Origin: a virus
Lineage: Duplodnaviria > Caudoviricetes
IMG/VR virus record: IMGVR_UViG_2816332575_000002
Location: 32,001 to 96,000 of that record
DNA length: 64,000 bases
Strand: one strand, 5' to 3'
Each line of letters starts with the position of its first letter. The stretch's first letter is position 1. A model generated the notes under the pieces. That model was not told the origin of the DNA and did not search any database. It saw only the letters and a program-made list of their open reading frames with translations. Shown here piece by piece: positions 17,527 through 26,020 of the stretch. A program made the position numbers and the translations under genes.

Positions 17527-17736
17527 TTGACCAACCACTTCCTGCCACCGGCGCCAGCGGCCCACCGGTCGCTGCCCCGCCAGCCCGGCACCTACTACTG
17601 CGGGGACACCCACATACGCATCGACGGAACCACGGCATTCACCGTGCCCGTGCGCCTGTCCGTCCCCCCGCCTGGCCAAAAAGACCGCGTGCCGGCCCCC
17701 GGCACCTCCCCGCTGCCACCGGAGCACACCCCATGA
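17527..17736 (+). CDS. Small hypothetical protein
   Basis: Stop overlaps the next start (ATGA). Confidence 0.35.
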   Translation: MTNHFLPPAPAAHRSLPRQPGTYYCGDTHIRIDGTTAFTVPVRLSVPPPGQKDRVPAPGTSPLPPEHTP

Positions 17737-18611
17737 CCACGCCCGAGACCCCCGAGACCCCGATCTGCGAAGTACGGCAGGAAGCCGGCCGCGAGCACGA
17801 CGCGCTCGGCGCCCGGATCGCGGCCCTCGCCGAAACCGCCGCTCCCGTTGTGGAAGCCGTCACCGGCCTTCCGCTGCCCGTCCGGCCGTTGCTCCGCCTC
17901 GTGACTGTCGAGGCCCTGATCGCCACCCGCCGGGAGCACACCGACGCGATGATGCACCGCCTGCGCGGTGAGGGCTACGGCCAGCAGTTGGTCGACGAGG
18001 CGGAGTTCGCCAGGGCGCGCGAGCGCTTCGACAACGGCGAGCGGGGCCTCGCCGCGAACTGGAAGAACATCCAGGCGATCAGCTACGAGGACGCCCGGAT
18101 GCGCCCGCAGATCCTCATCATCGCGCGCTCCGTCGTCCACCATGGCCACGACGACGACCAGCTCCTGCGCACGATCGCCCACGAGCTGACCCACCTCGCC
18201 CAACACCGGGCCACCGGCGGACGTGCGCTCGATTTCGTCATGTCGCCCTACGGCTACGGCATGCGAATGCCCGGTACCAAGGAACTCGCCCACTGCGCGG
18301 CGCGGTTCCTGATCGAAGGCCACGCATCCTGGGCCGACCACCAGGTGACCACCCAACTCATCGGCCAGCCTCTGGGCTGGCACACCGACCCCACCACCGA
18401 CGAGCAGCGCGCGACCAAGCGGCTCTACGACGACGGCTGCGCGTTCGTCGCAACCGCCATCGACCAGGTCGGCCTGGAGTCCTTCAACGCCACATGGCGC
18501 CATCTGCGCACCTCCTGCCCGGTCGAGACCGAGGTGGACGATGTCACCGGCTGGCTGCGCCGCAACTACATCCCCACCCCGACCATGGCCGCCAGCCCAC
18601 CCCGTGAGTAA
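17733..18611 (+). CDS. Zincin-like metallopeptidase
   Basis: HExxH 'IAHELTHLAQ' plus third ligand 'LIEGHA'. Confidence 0.8.
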   Translation: MTTPETPETPICEVRQEAGREHDALGARIAALAETAAPVVEAVTGLPLPVRPLLRLVTVEALIATRREHTDAMMHRLRGEGYGQQLVDEAEFARARERFDNGERGLAANWKNIQAISYEDARMRPQILIIARSVVHHGHDDDQLLRTIAHELTHLAQHRATGGRALDFVMSPYGYGMRMPGTKELAHCAARFLIEGHASWADHQVTTQLIGQPLGWHTDPTTDEQRATKRLYDDGCAFVATAIDQVGLESFNATWRHLRTSCPVETEVDDVTGWLRRNYIPTPTMAASPPRE

Positions 18612-18745
18612 CCGAGCCCGGTGACCTGCGCCCCGCCCCCACACCGGGCGCAGGCCGCCGACCGCACGGACTGCCCCACTCACCGGTGCCCGGCGGCCAC
18701 GCCTCCCCGCACACCGCCGGGCACCTCCACCCCGGGAAGCACCTC

Positions 18746-19417
18746 ATGGACACCACCCCCACCCCAGCCGGACGCCCCCTCGCCGTCTGGAAGGGACTAA
18801 CCGTCTCGTACGTCACTCCCTGGGCCGGCGAACGCAACATCTCCCGCGACCACCTGCTCCTCGACAATGGCGGGCTGCGTTACAGCGACGAACACTCGGA
18901 AGACCGAGATCCGCGAGGCGGGCTGTGGGAACGCTGGGACGGCACCTACGGTGACGGCGCCCCCCAGTTCGGTCCGTTCAACTCCGAGCGCCAGCACACC
19001 GCGATGGAGCACCTGCTGTGCCAGGTGTGCGCCCGTCCCGCCGACCGAACCACCAAGGGCTACCTGTTCCTGGAGCCGGGGCGTGCGACCGTCAGCAAAC
19101 TGGAAGGCAGCCGCACCGTGCAGCCGCCGCTGTGCCTGCCCTGCGCCCTCATCGCCCGCGCACAATGCCCCCGGCTGCGGAACTACGTTGCGCTGCGGGC
19201 ACGCAAGCCCAGCGTGTGGGGACTGTACGGCACCGCATACGTCTCATGCCCCCGCCTCGCCCAGCGCCCCACCAGCTCACTCGCAGTGGACCGGGAGTGC
19301 TCGGTCGCGTACGGGACGCCGGAGCTGCCGTACGTGCTCGGCAACCAGCTCGTCCGGGAATATCGCCGTGTCACCATTGTCAACCTCGACGAGGAAGCAG
19401 CCCGACATACGGCCTAA
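18746..19417 (+). CDS. Streptomyces hypothetical protein with CQVC..PPLC motifs
   Basis: 'VSYVTPW', 'DRDPRGGLWER', 'CQVCARPADRTTKGYLFL', 'PPLCLPC'. Confidence 0.7.
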   Translation: MDTTPTPAGRPLAVWKGLTVSYVTPWAGERNISRDHLLLDNGGLRYSDEHSEDRDPRGGLWERWDGTYGDGAPQFGPFNSERQHTAMEHLLCQVCARPADRTTKGYLFLEPGRATVSKLEGSRTVQPPLCLPCALIARAQCPRLRNYVALRARKPSVWGLYGTAYVSCPRLAQRPTSSLAVDRECSVAYGTPELPYVLGNQLVREYRRVTIVNLDEEAARHTA

Positions 19418-19465
19418 CCGTAGTCCTTACGAAAGGCCAGAAAGCTGGCTTCCCTAACGCCTCCG

Positions 19466-19506
19466 AAGAATCCCTTGTCAGTATCTGTGGCAAGGGATTC
19501 TTTTAT
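19466..19506 (+). terminator. Hairpin with T tract at the right end of the island
   Basis: AAGAATCCCTTGTCA..TGGCAAGGGATTCTT followed by TTAT. Confidence 0.6.
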
Positions 19507-19519
19507 TTGAGGAGTACGT

Positions 19520-19876
19520 ATGCCGACTGCCGAGACGAGCCCGCGGGACACGACCGGCCGCGTGCAGCAGCAGCTCGTAAAGGACCGAGAAGTCGCCGAA
19601 AAGGAGGCTGCCAAGTCACAGCTCCGCGATGCGCAGGTAGCCGAGGCGGCTCGTGCCGAGCCGGTGGACCTCGCAGCTCCCCAGGTCGTAGAGGTCGAAG
19701 AGTCGCCCGTCGTCGTCAGCGAGAAGCTGTACGAAATGCGGGTCACCGAGGATCTCGAAGACGTCACCATCGGCTACGGAAACGTATACAACTTCGAGGC
19801 AGGTCGTACCTACAAGAACGTGCCCGGCCTGGTCTACAACCACCTCCGCGAAAAGGGCTACGTGTGGGGCGCCTGA
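19520..19876 (+). CDS. Phage protein (post-capsid, head-associated)
   Basis: GAGGAG RBS; resumes the + strand late operon. Confidence 0.7.
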   Translation: MPTAETSPRDTTGRVQQQLVKDREVAEKEAAKSQLRDAQVAEAARAEPVDLAAPQVVEVEESPVVVSEKLYEMRVTEDLEDVTIGYGNVYNFEAGRTYKNVPGLVYNHLREKGYVWGA

Positions 19877-20187
19877 CATCGGTTGCAGCTGGCCGCCCGT
19901 ATCAGCTCACGTCTCCCGAGGGGATCGGTGTCGGGTACGGGCGGCTGGAGCCAGGAAGCGTGGTCGATGTCCTTTCCGTGGCGTCGGCTGGTGTGACCTT
20001 CGCTCTTCCCGCCGGCCGTACTTCTCCGCCGCCGCGGCTCATCCGCTACCCCGAGCCCTTCTTCGAGGAGCACTTTGCGCCGTACACGCCGCCAGTGATC
20101 ACGCCGCCCGACCCGGAGCCCGAGCCCAAGCCGCAACCGCCGGAGGAACTGCCCAGCCCGGATGAGATCGCACAGGAGGTGCAGTGA
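19864..20187 (+). CDS. Hypothetical protein, Pro-rich C-terminus
   Basis: Fills the gap, overlaps both neighbours. Confidence 0.5.
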   Translation: MGRLTSVAAGRPYQLTSPEGIGVGYGRLEPGSVVDVLSVASAGVTFALPAGRTSPPPRLIRYPEPFFEEHFAPYTPPVITPPDPEPEPKPQPPEELPSPDEIAQEVQ

Positions 20188-20789
20188 CGGTGCCGTCCTA
20201 CGTCCCCATCCAGACCAGCGCAGACCTGACGCGCGCCATGGTGGCCTCGCCGGACCTGCCGGCCACAGTGACGGACAGCCTGCACACAGCCTGGGCTGCT
20301 CGACCGGATCGTGCCTCGATGATGGGCCGTCTGCCGAAAGGTTTCCTCCAGGAGCTGGTGACTTCAGCCTCCACCCCAGAGGGTCTGGCAGCGCTGCGCA
20401 CCGAGATTGAGGCGGTACCGGACCGTACGATCACCCGGCACGTGCATCTGCTGACCCGCGATCCCGGCCGAACGGTCACGCTGGCGACGTTGCCGCAGAG
20501 CGAGGTCAGCGCTGACGGCTACCTGCCACAGCTCATGGACCTGGGCGAGGCCGTGGTCGACGACCAGAACCGGGCGACCGTCTCGAACCTGTCGGAGGTC
20601 ACTTTCGGGCCACTGCTGCCGGGCCCCGGCACTGCGGTCATCACCGTCACCCATGTCGCCGTCACGCTCACAGCATCGGACGGCACCGGCCGGGTCGTCA
20701 GCGTCATCGAGCTGGCCGACCGGCACGACATGCGAGCAGGGGAGTCGGTATCCATCCGTGCCGGAGCCCTGAGCTGCGGGGTGGGCTGA
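20184..20789 (+). CDS. Phage structural hypothetical protein
   Basis: GGAGG RBS; C-terminal 'VSNLSEVTFG..VTHVAV..GESVSIRAGAL' beta domain. Confidence 0.6.
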   Translation: MTVPSYVPIQTSADLTRAMVASPDLPATVTDSLHTAWAARPDRASMMGRLPKGFLQELVTSASTPEGLAALRTEIEAVPDRTITRHVHLLTRDPGRTVTLATLPQSEVSADGYLPQLMDLGEAVVDDQNRATVSNLSEVTFGPLLPGPGTAVITVTHVAVTLTASDGTGRVVSVIELADRHDMRAGESVSIRAGALSCGVG

Positions 20790-21607
20790 TGGTTGACCAG
20801 ACACACATGCTCGCCCGCGTCCGCTCCCTGCTCGGCGATTTCGGCACGGAGTTCCGCGACGTGCTGACCGGTACAGGCGACCTGTCCGAGTACGACCTCT
20901 CCCAGACGCGCGTCACGGTCACCAAGGCCCTGCTCGTCCAGGAAGGCCAGAGCCGCGAGCTGATCGCCGGCACGGACTACACCCTGCTCTCCCGAGAAGG
21001 CCGACTGCTCTTCCGAGAGCGCCTGGGCCCGCTGCCGCTGGGCGCCGTCGTGATCGTGGAAGGCCGCTCCGGCGGCATGGTCGACGACCAAGAGCTGGCC
21101 ATCCACCTCCAGGACGCCGTGCTCCAGCACTGCTCGGACCGAGTCATCACAGTCCGCTACCGGTCCGCGGAGGGCTTCTACCGGTACGAGGACGAGCCGG
21201 TGACCCTGGCGACGCTGCCGGAGATCGAGGAACTGCCCCTCGCCATCCTGGCAGCCGTCAACTTTCTGTGGGCGGTAGCAACGGACGCCTCCATGGAACC
21301 CAACATTCATACGGCAGAGGGCACCCACATCGACCGCGGGCAGATATACGCCCAGGTCATGGCGCAGATCGAAAATCTTGAGGCGCGGTATCGGGACCTG
21401 TGTCAGCAGCTCAACGTGGGCCTGTACCGCATCGAAATGGCGACACTGCGCCGCGTCTCTCCGTACAACAACCGCCTCGTGCCCATCTTCACGCCGCGCG
21501 AGTACGACGACTCTGCCTACCCAACGCGCCAGCTCCCGCCCATCGACCGCCGCAACGAAGACCCCTCTGGCATCGCATCGCCCATCATCAGCGGGTTGAC
21601 CGGATGA
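20789..21607 (+). CDS. Putative head-tail adaptor/neck protein
   Basis: 'LARVRSLLGD' start, position before the tail genes. Confidence 0.55.
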   Translation: MVDQTHMLARVRSLLGDFGTEFRDVLTGTGDLSEYDLSQTRVTVTKALLVQEGQSRELIAGTDYTLLSREGRLLFRERLGPLPLGAVVIVEGRSGGMVDDQELAIHLQDAVLQHCSDRVITVRYRSAEGFYRYEDEPVTLATLPEIEELPLAILAAVNFLWAVATDASMEPNIHTAEGTHIDRGQIYAQVMAQIENLEARYRDLCQQLNVGLYRIEMATLRRVSPYNNRLVPIFTPREYDDSAYPTRQLPPIDRRNEDPSGIASPIISGLTG

Positions 21608-22143
21608 GGGCCGACTGGAAGCACGGGCGTTTCAGCACCGCCTATCACGCGGCCCGTATCGATGCTGGGCTGCGTGCCTGGCAGCACCGCAAGGGAGACG
21701 TCGTCACGTGGTTCCGGGCCGCGCCGGCGCAGTCCCACGCCCATGACGTATATGACGAGGGCGCAGCTGCTGGCGGCCGGGCCTACCATCCACCGATCAC
21801 GGTGCCAGTGCTGGACGTCTCTCGCGACCAGGGCGCCGTCGAGCGCACCGCGCAGGGCCTGTACCAGGTGGCTCCGCTGTACGTGACGGCCGCGGCGCGC
21901 CAGCTCGCCCGCGTCGGCATCTCCCAGCCGGACATCGACACCCACCAGTACCTGCGGGACTGGATCGGCTACGACGGCCGCCTGCACCGCATCGACGAAC
22001 TCCAGGCCCTGGGTCGGCTCCGCCGGCACGACTTCGTGGTCTCGCTGAAGCTCACGGAAATCAAGCCCGACGAAATCACCGCGGACACACAGCTCGACGA
22101 ATACCGGCGCTTCGGCCTGCGCCACATACGCCAGCCACGGTGA
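21604..22143 (+). CDS. Putative head-closure/neck protein
   Basis: ATGA coupling, synteny. Confidence 0.5.
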   Translation: MRADWKHGRFSTAYHAARIDAGLRAWQHRKGDVVTWFRAAPAQSHAHDVYDEGAAAGGRAYHPPITVPVLDVSRDQGAVERTAQGLYQVAPLYVTAAARQLARVGISQPDIDTHQYLRDWIGYDGRLHRIDELQALGRLRRHDFVVSLKLTEIKPDEITADTQLDEYRRFGLRHIRQPR

Positions 22144-22207
22144 GCTAACACCCTGCGCAATACCGGTGTGAATCTTGACCTGACGGAATTCCTGAGAGGT
22201 CGAATCC

Positions 22208-22816
22208 ATGCCGTGGCTGCTGAATGAAGACGCCGCACTGCGGAAAAAGCTCCAGGGCCTCACCGTGAAAGATGGAGCCCTGGAGCTTCCCGTCGGCGTG
22301 CGCTTCTCCTACCCGGAAAGCGAACTGGCCGACCAGACATTCCCCCTCATCATCCTGGAACGCACGCGAGCCGTCCGTGACCCACGCCGGGAGGCCCGGG
22401 GCGTGGTGCAACTCGGGTACGCACCAGAAGGCCGCGCGTCTTGGCCTGGCATGGAAGACGGAACGGCCTCTCCGTACTACACGGACAACCCGATTCCGTA
22501 CCGCATCGAGTACCAGGTCAACGTCCTGTGCCGGAAGCAGGCCCACCTCACCGACCTGGTGGCCCGGCTCAGCGCCGTCGACTTCCTGCCAGTGCGCTTC
22601 GGATACCTAGAGGTCCCGGAGGACGGCACGGTCCGCAGCCTCGAACTGGAAGGGCCCGAATTCCACACCGGGTGGGACGAGAATCAGAAGCGGCTCGTGA
22701 CCGCGGTCTACCTCGTCAGCGTCACCTCCGAAGTGCTCGGGACGGTGTCCACGCCCACGCCGGTCAAGAAGGTCATCACCGACCTGCATGACACCCAACC
22801 CCAGTGGCCCGCATAA
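22208..22816 (+). CDS. Putative tail terminator/completion protein
   Basis: Directly upstream of the sheath; 'PIPYRIEYQV' motif. Confidence 0.55.
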   Translation: MPWLLNEDAALRKKLQGLTVKDGALELPVGVRFSYPESELADQTFPLIILERTRAVRDPRREARGVVQLGYAPEGRASWPGMEDGTASPYYTDNPIPYRIEYQVNVLCRKQAHLTDLVARLSAVDFLPVRFGYLEVPEDGTVRSLELEGPEFHTGWDENQKRLVTAVYLVSVTSEVLGTVSTPTPVKKVITDLHDTQPQWPA

Positions 22817-22824
22817 GGAGAAGC

Positions 22825-24396
22825 ATGGCGACCACCACCTACAAGCGCCCAGGCATATTCGTCGACGAGACCCTCAACCCGATCGTGGTGAACGAGCCGC
22901 CGGCCGGGGAGTTCGTCGCGGCCTTCGTGGGGGCACACGATTTCGGGCCGTCCAAGCCGACTCTGATCCGGAGCTGGGCCGAATTCGTTTCCCTCTACGC
23001 CGGATTCAGCGGCGGCATGCTGCCCTTCGCGGTACACCAGTTTTTCAGCAACGGTGGCCGGGCCTGTTACATCGTGCGAGCCGTCGCGGCTGACGCGAAG
23101 ACCGCGTCGCTTGTGCTGAAGGACCGCCAGGCCGGCACAGGCGAAAACTCTGGCGCTAAGGACGTGCTGCGACTCGTCGCCACTGCGGCGGGCACCTTCG
23201 CCAACACCATCGCCATCAGCGTGACCGACGCCGGCACCGGACCGGGACGTTTCAACCTGACGGTTAAGGCGGGCGGAGACACTGCTGGCGGCGCAGTCGA
23301 GCGCTACACCGACGTCAGCCTCGACCCCACCGACGCCCGCAATGCGGTCGCGCTCGTCAACGCGCCCCAATCCGGCTCCAAGTTCGTCACCCTCACCTAC
23401 CTTGGCCCCACCACCTGGAAGATCGACAATACCCCCGCAGTGACGGTCGACCAGATGCTGGCCGGGGGCACCAACGGCGTTGCGGCCCCCGACCTTTCGG
23501 CGGCTGCCCAGTCGCTGGAATCCACCAACGTCGTCCTGAACATCAACCTTCCCGGAGTGTCCGATACCGCAGTCCTCAATCCGGTCATCGACTGGTGTGA
23601 GCGCTACGGCTATGCCTTCCTCGTCGTCGACAGCCCGCAGATCACCGAGGGCACGCCGACTGAAGTTGCGGTGTCGAAGCTCAAGGAAATGAGCCCGCTG
23701 GTCAACGGAGGAACCACGCCGGCGCCCCTGCGCGCTTCTTCCTACGCTGCCGTCTACGGCCCGTGGATTCAGACCGCCGATCCCGCAGTGGCGGCTGTTG
23801 GTGCGACGCGGCTCCTGCCGCCGGGTGGTGCCCTGCTGGGTCAGTTCGCAAGGTTCGACGTCGACCACGGCCCGCACCGTACGCCTGCCGGGCAGGACGC
23901 CGTTCTCCGAGGGGTGTACAGCGCGCAGTATCGATTCACCGACGCCCAGCTCGACGAGCTGAATGTGGCAGGCATCAACGTCATCAGATTCGTACCGAAC
24001 GCAGGCTATTGCCCGATGGGCGGGCGGACCGTCAAGGCCGGTTACCCGGACCGGTACATCGCCGTACGCCGCTTCCTCATCCACGTGCGCAAGCTGCTGG
24101 TCGAGTCGACCAACTACGCCGTTTTCCAGCCCAACACCCCGGACCTGTGGGCGTCGCTGACTGCGGTTGTCACTCAGCGGCTTACCGAGATGACGCAGGC
24201 GGGACAGCTCAAGGGCGGCAGCCCTGAGACGGCTTTCCGGGTGGTGTGCAACGAGACCAACAACTCTGCGCAGAGCGTCGCCAACGGCGAAGTCCACCTC
24301 GACATCGGCCTTGCGTTGATGCGTCCGGCTGAGTTCATCGCCATCCACATCGGTCAGTGGGAGGGCGGCAGCTCGTCCTCTGAGGCCCTTCAGTAA
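22825..24396 (+). CDS. Contractile tail sheath protein
   Basis: 'YKRPGIFVDE', 'FFSNGGRACYIVR', 'YAAVYGPW', 'GINVIR', 'RYIAVRR', 'PAEFI'. Confidence 0.95.
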   Translation: MATTTYKRPGIFVDETLNPIVVNEPPAGEFVAAFVGAHDFGPSKPTLIRSWAEFVSLYAGFSGGMLPFAVHQFFSNGGRACYIVRAVAADAKTASLVLKDRQAGTGENSGAKDVLRLVATAAGTFANTIAISVTDAGTGPGRFNLTVKAGGDTAGGAVERYTDVSLDPTDARNAVALVNAPQSGSKFVTLTYLGPTTWKIDNTPAVTVDQMLAGGTNGVAAPDLSAAAQSLESTNVVLNINLPGVSDTAVLNPVIDWCERYGYAFLVVDSPQITEGTPTEVAVSKLKEMSPLVNGGTTPAPLRASSYAAVYGPWIQTADPAVAAVGATRLLPPGGALLGQFARFDVDHGPHRTPAGQDAVLRGVYSAQYRFTDAQLDELNVAGINVIRFVPNAGYCPMGGRTVKAGYPDRYIAVRRFLIHVRKLLVESTNYAVFQPNTPDLWASLTAVVTQRLTEMTQAGQLKGGSPETAFRVVCNETNNSAQSVANGEVHLDIGLALMRPAEFIAIHIGQWEGGSSSSEALQ

Positions 24397-24408
24397 AGGA
24401 GTTGGGGC

Positions 24409-24987
24409 ATGGCAGGTAAGACTAGGGCGACGGTTGAGCAGAAGTCCAGCCTCGCCTCGATAGCAACAGATCCTCTTCGCTCGTTCAAGTTTCACGTCCA
24501 GATATCCGGCCCGCAGGGGCTTCAGGGTGCCTATCCGAAGCTCGGCTTCATGGCGGTTTCCGGGTTGAGCATGACCACGGATGTTATCGCGTACCGGACC
24601 GGTGGAATGAATGTCTCGACCCAGAAGCTCCCGGGGCAGAGTGACTTCAGTCCCATCACGCTGTCCAAGGGGCTGTGCCCAGGAGATCAGCAGCTTCTTG
24701 ACTGGATGGGTCAGCTCTTCAATGTGATGCAGGGCGTCGGTAAGACTTACGACACCAATACCGATTTCCGGGCCACGGTCGACATCATGCTGATTGAGCA
24801 TCCGGTCACCAAGTCCACGGCCAAGGTTCAGGCGGTGTGGCGGCTGTACAACGCTTGGCCCACCTCCGTTGCCTTCGGTGATTTGGACGCCGGCCAGAAC
24901 ATGTACGCCGTCCATCAGATGACCCTCGCGCACGAGGGATTCGATTTCAAGGTCGCCCCGAACGCTAAGTCCAGCGTCACACTCTAA
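24409..24987 (+). CDS. Tail tube protein (T4 gp19-like)
   Basis: 'DPLRSFKFHV', 'KLPGQSDFSPITLSKG', 'LYNAWP', 'LAHEG'. Confidence 0.92.
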   Translation: MAGKTRATVEQKSSLASIATDPLRSFKFHVQISGPQGLQGAYPKLGFMAVSGLSMTTDVIAYRTGGMNVSTQKLPGQSDFSPITLSKGLCPGDQQLLDWMGQLFNVMQGVGKTYDTNTDFRATVDIMLIEHPVTKSTAKVQAVWRLYNAWPTSVAFGDLDAGQNMYAVHQMTLAHEGFDFKVAPNAKSSVTL

Positions 24988-24996
24988 GGAAACGCT

Positions 24997-25863
24997 ATGA
25001 CCACCGAAAACCTCGCCTACGACTGGACTTACGACCAGGCCGCCGCTCCGGCCATCGACCCTGCCTCCGACACCGCAGCAGCCAACCGTGCAATGCAGCA
25101 GGTTCTGGCGGACAGTACGGGGCCGGCACCGAAGCCGCCTTTCCCCGGCAGTACGGCAGTTGTGCTCCCGGTGGACCTGGACATCGACGGGCAGTCCGTG
25201 ACCAGCGCCCGCGTACGGGAGCTGACCGGCGCCGACGAAGAAGCCCTCGCCGCAGTGCCACGCGCCTCGCTGGAGTTCTTCGACACCATCCTGCGCCGCG
25301 GAGTCACCGAGCTGGGCTCTGCCGCCCCTACCGAGCAGCAGCTCCAGGACATGCTCGTCGGCGACCGCGACAGCCTGCTCCTGGCCGTGCGCTGCGCAAC
25401 CTTCGGGCCCAGCCTGGAGCTGCACGGCGTGAGTTGTCCCGGCTGTGACGAGCGCATGGACGTCACTATCGACCTGTCCACGGTCGAGTGCCGCGGCCTG
25501 CCGGAGGGCGAGCACACCGTGCGGCTGCGGGACGGTCGAATCGTGCACCTACGGTTTCCGACTGGCGCGGATCAGAAGTACATCCTCGCGGAGAAGAACG
25601 CCAGTCCGGCGCGCGTGAATTCCAGGCTTCTGGAGCGCTGCATGCGCTATATCAGCACCACTGAGCAGGCCCCGGCGGCGCTGGTGGAGGACGGCGCTGC
25701 CCTCGCCCAGAGCCTGGGGATTGCCGATCGCCGCACGCTGCTGATGTACCTCGCCGACCATGCTCCCGGCCCGCAGCTTGCCGACCTGTCAGTGGAGCAC
25801 GACGGATGCGGGGAGGAGGTTCCGCTGCCGCTCTCGGTGGCGGACATCTTTCTCGATCTCTGA
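24997..25863 (+). CDS. Tail/baseplate assembly chaperone
   Basis: 'VRELTGADEE', 'GDRDSLLLAVRCATFG', CPGC; lies between tube and tape measure. Confidence 0.75.
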   Translation: MTTENLAYDWTYDQAAAPAIDPASDTAAANRAMQQVLADSTGPAPKPPFPGSTAVVLPVDLDIDGQSVTSARVRELTGADEEALAAVPRASLEFFDTILRRGVTELGSAAPTEQQLQDMLVGDRDSLLLAVRCATFGPSLELHGVSCPGCDERMDVTIDLSTVECRGLPEGEHTVRLRDGRIVHLRFPTGADQKYILAEKNASPARVNSRLLERCMRYISTTEQAPAALVEDGAALAQSLGIADRRTLLMYLADHAPGPQLADLSVEHDGCGEEVPLPLSVADIFLDL

Positions 25864-26020
25864 TATCGAAGCGACGCTCCTCGACACGGAATCGCTCGTG
25901 TTCGCCTATCGCTGGCCACCGAGCGAAATCAAGGCCCTGACCGTCCGGGAGCGGCAGTACTGGCGCGACCTCGCGCTCTGGAACAAGGAACGAAAGGAGG
26001 CACTGAATGGCGTCCAGTGA
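25850..26020 (+). CDS. Chaperone extension in the +1 frame (no own start codon)
   Basis: 'YRWPPSEIKALTVRERQYW' resembles the short pre-TMP chaperone motif. Confidence 0.55.
   Translation, partial: FSISDIEATLLDTESLVFAYRWPPSEIKALTVRERQYWRDLALWNKERKEALNGVQ

Larger units (their letters stand above)
6698..19417. other. Accessory cargo island inserted in the late operon
   Basis: Mixed-strand, non-structural Streptomyces-type genes between the capsid gene and the next structural gene; bounded by hairpins. Confidence 0.7.

Noticed and set aside
6645-19519. att-like direct repeats bounding the island
   Set aside because: None found by eye and no recombinase lies inside the island
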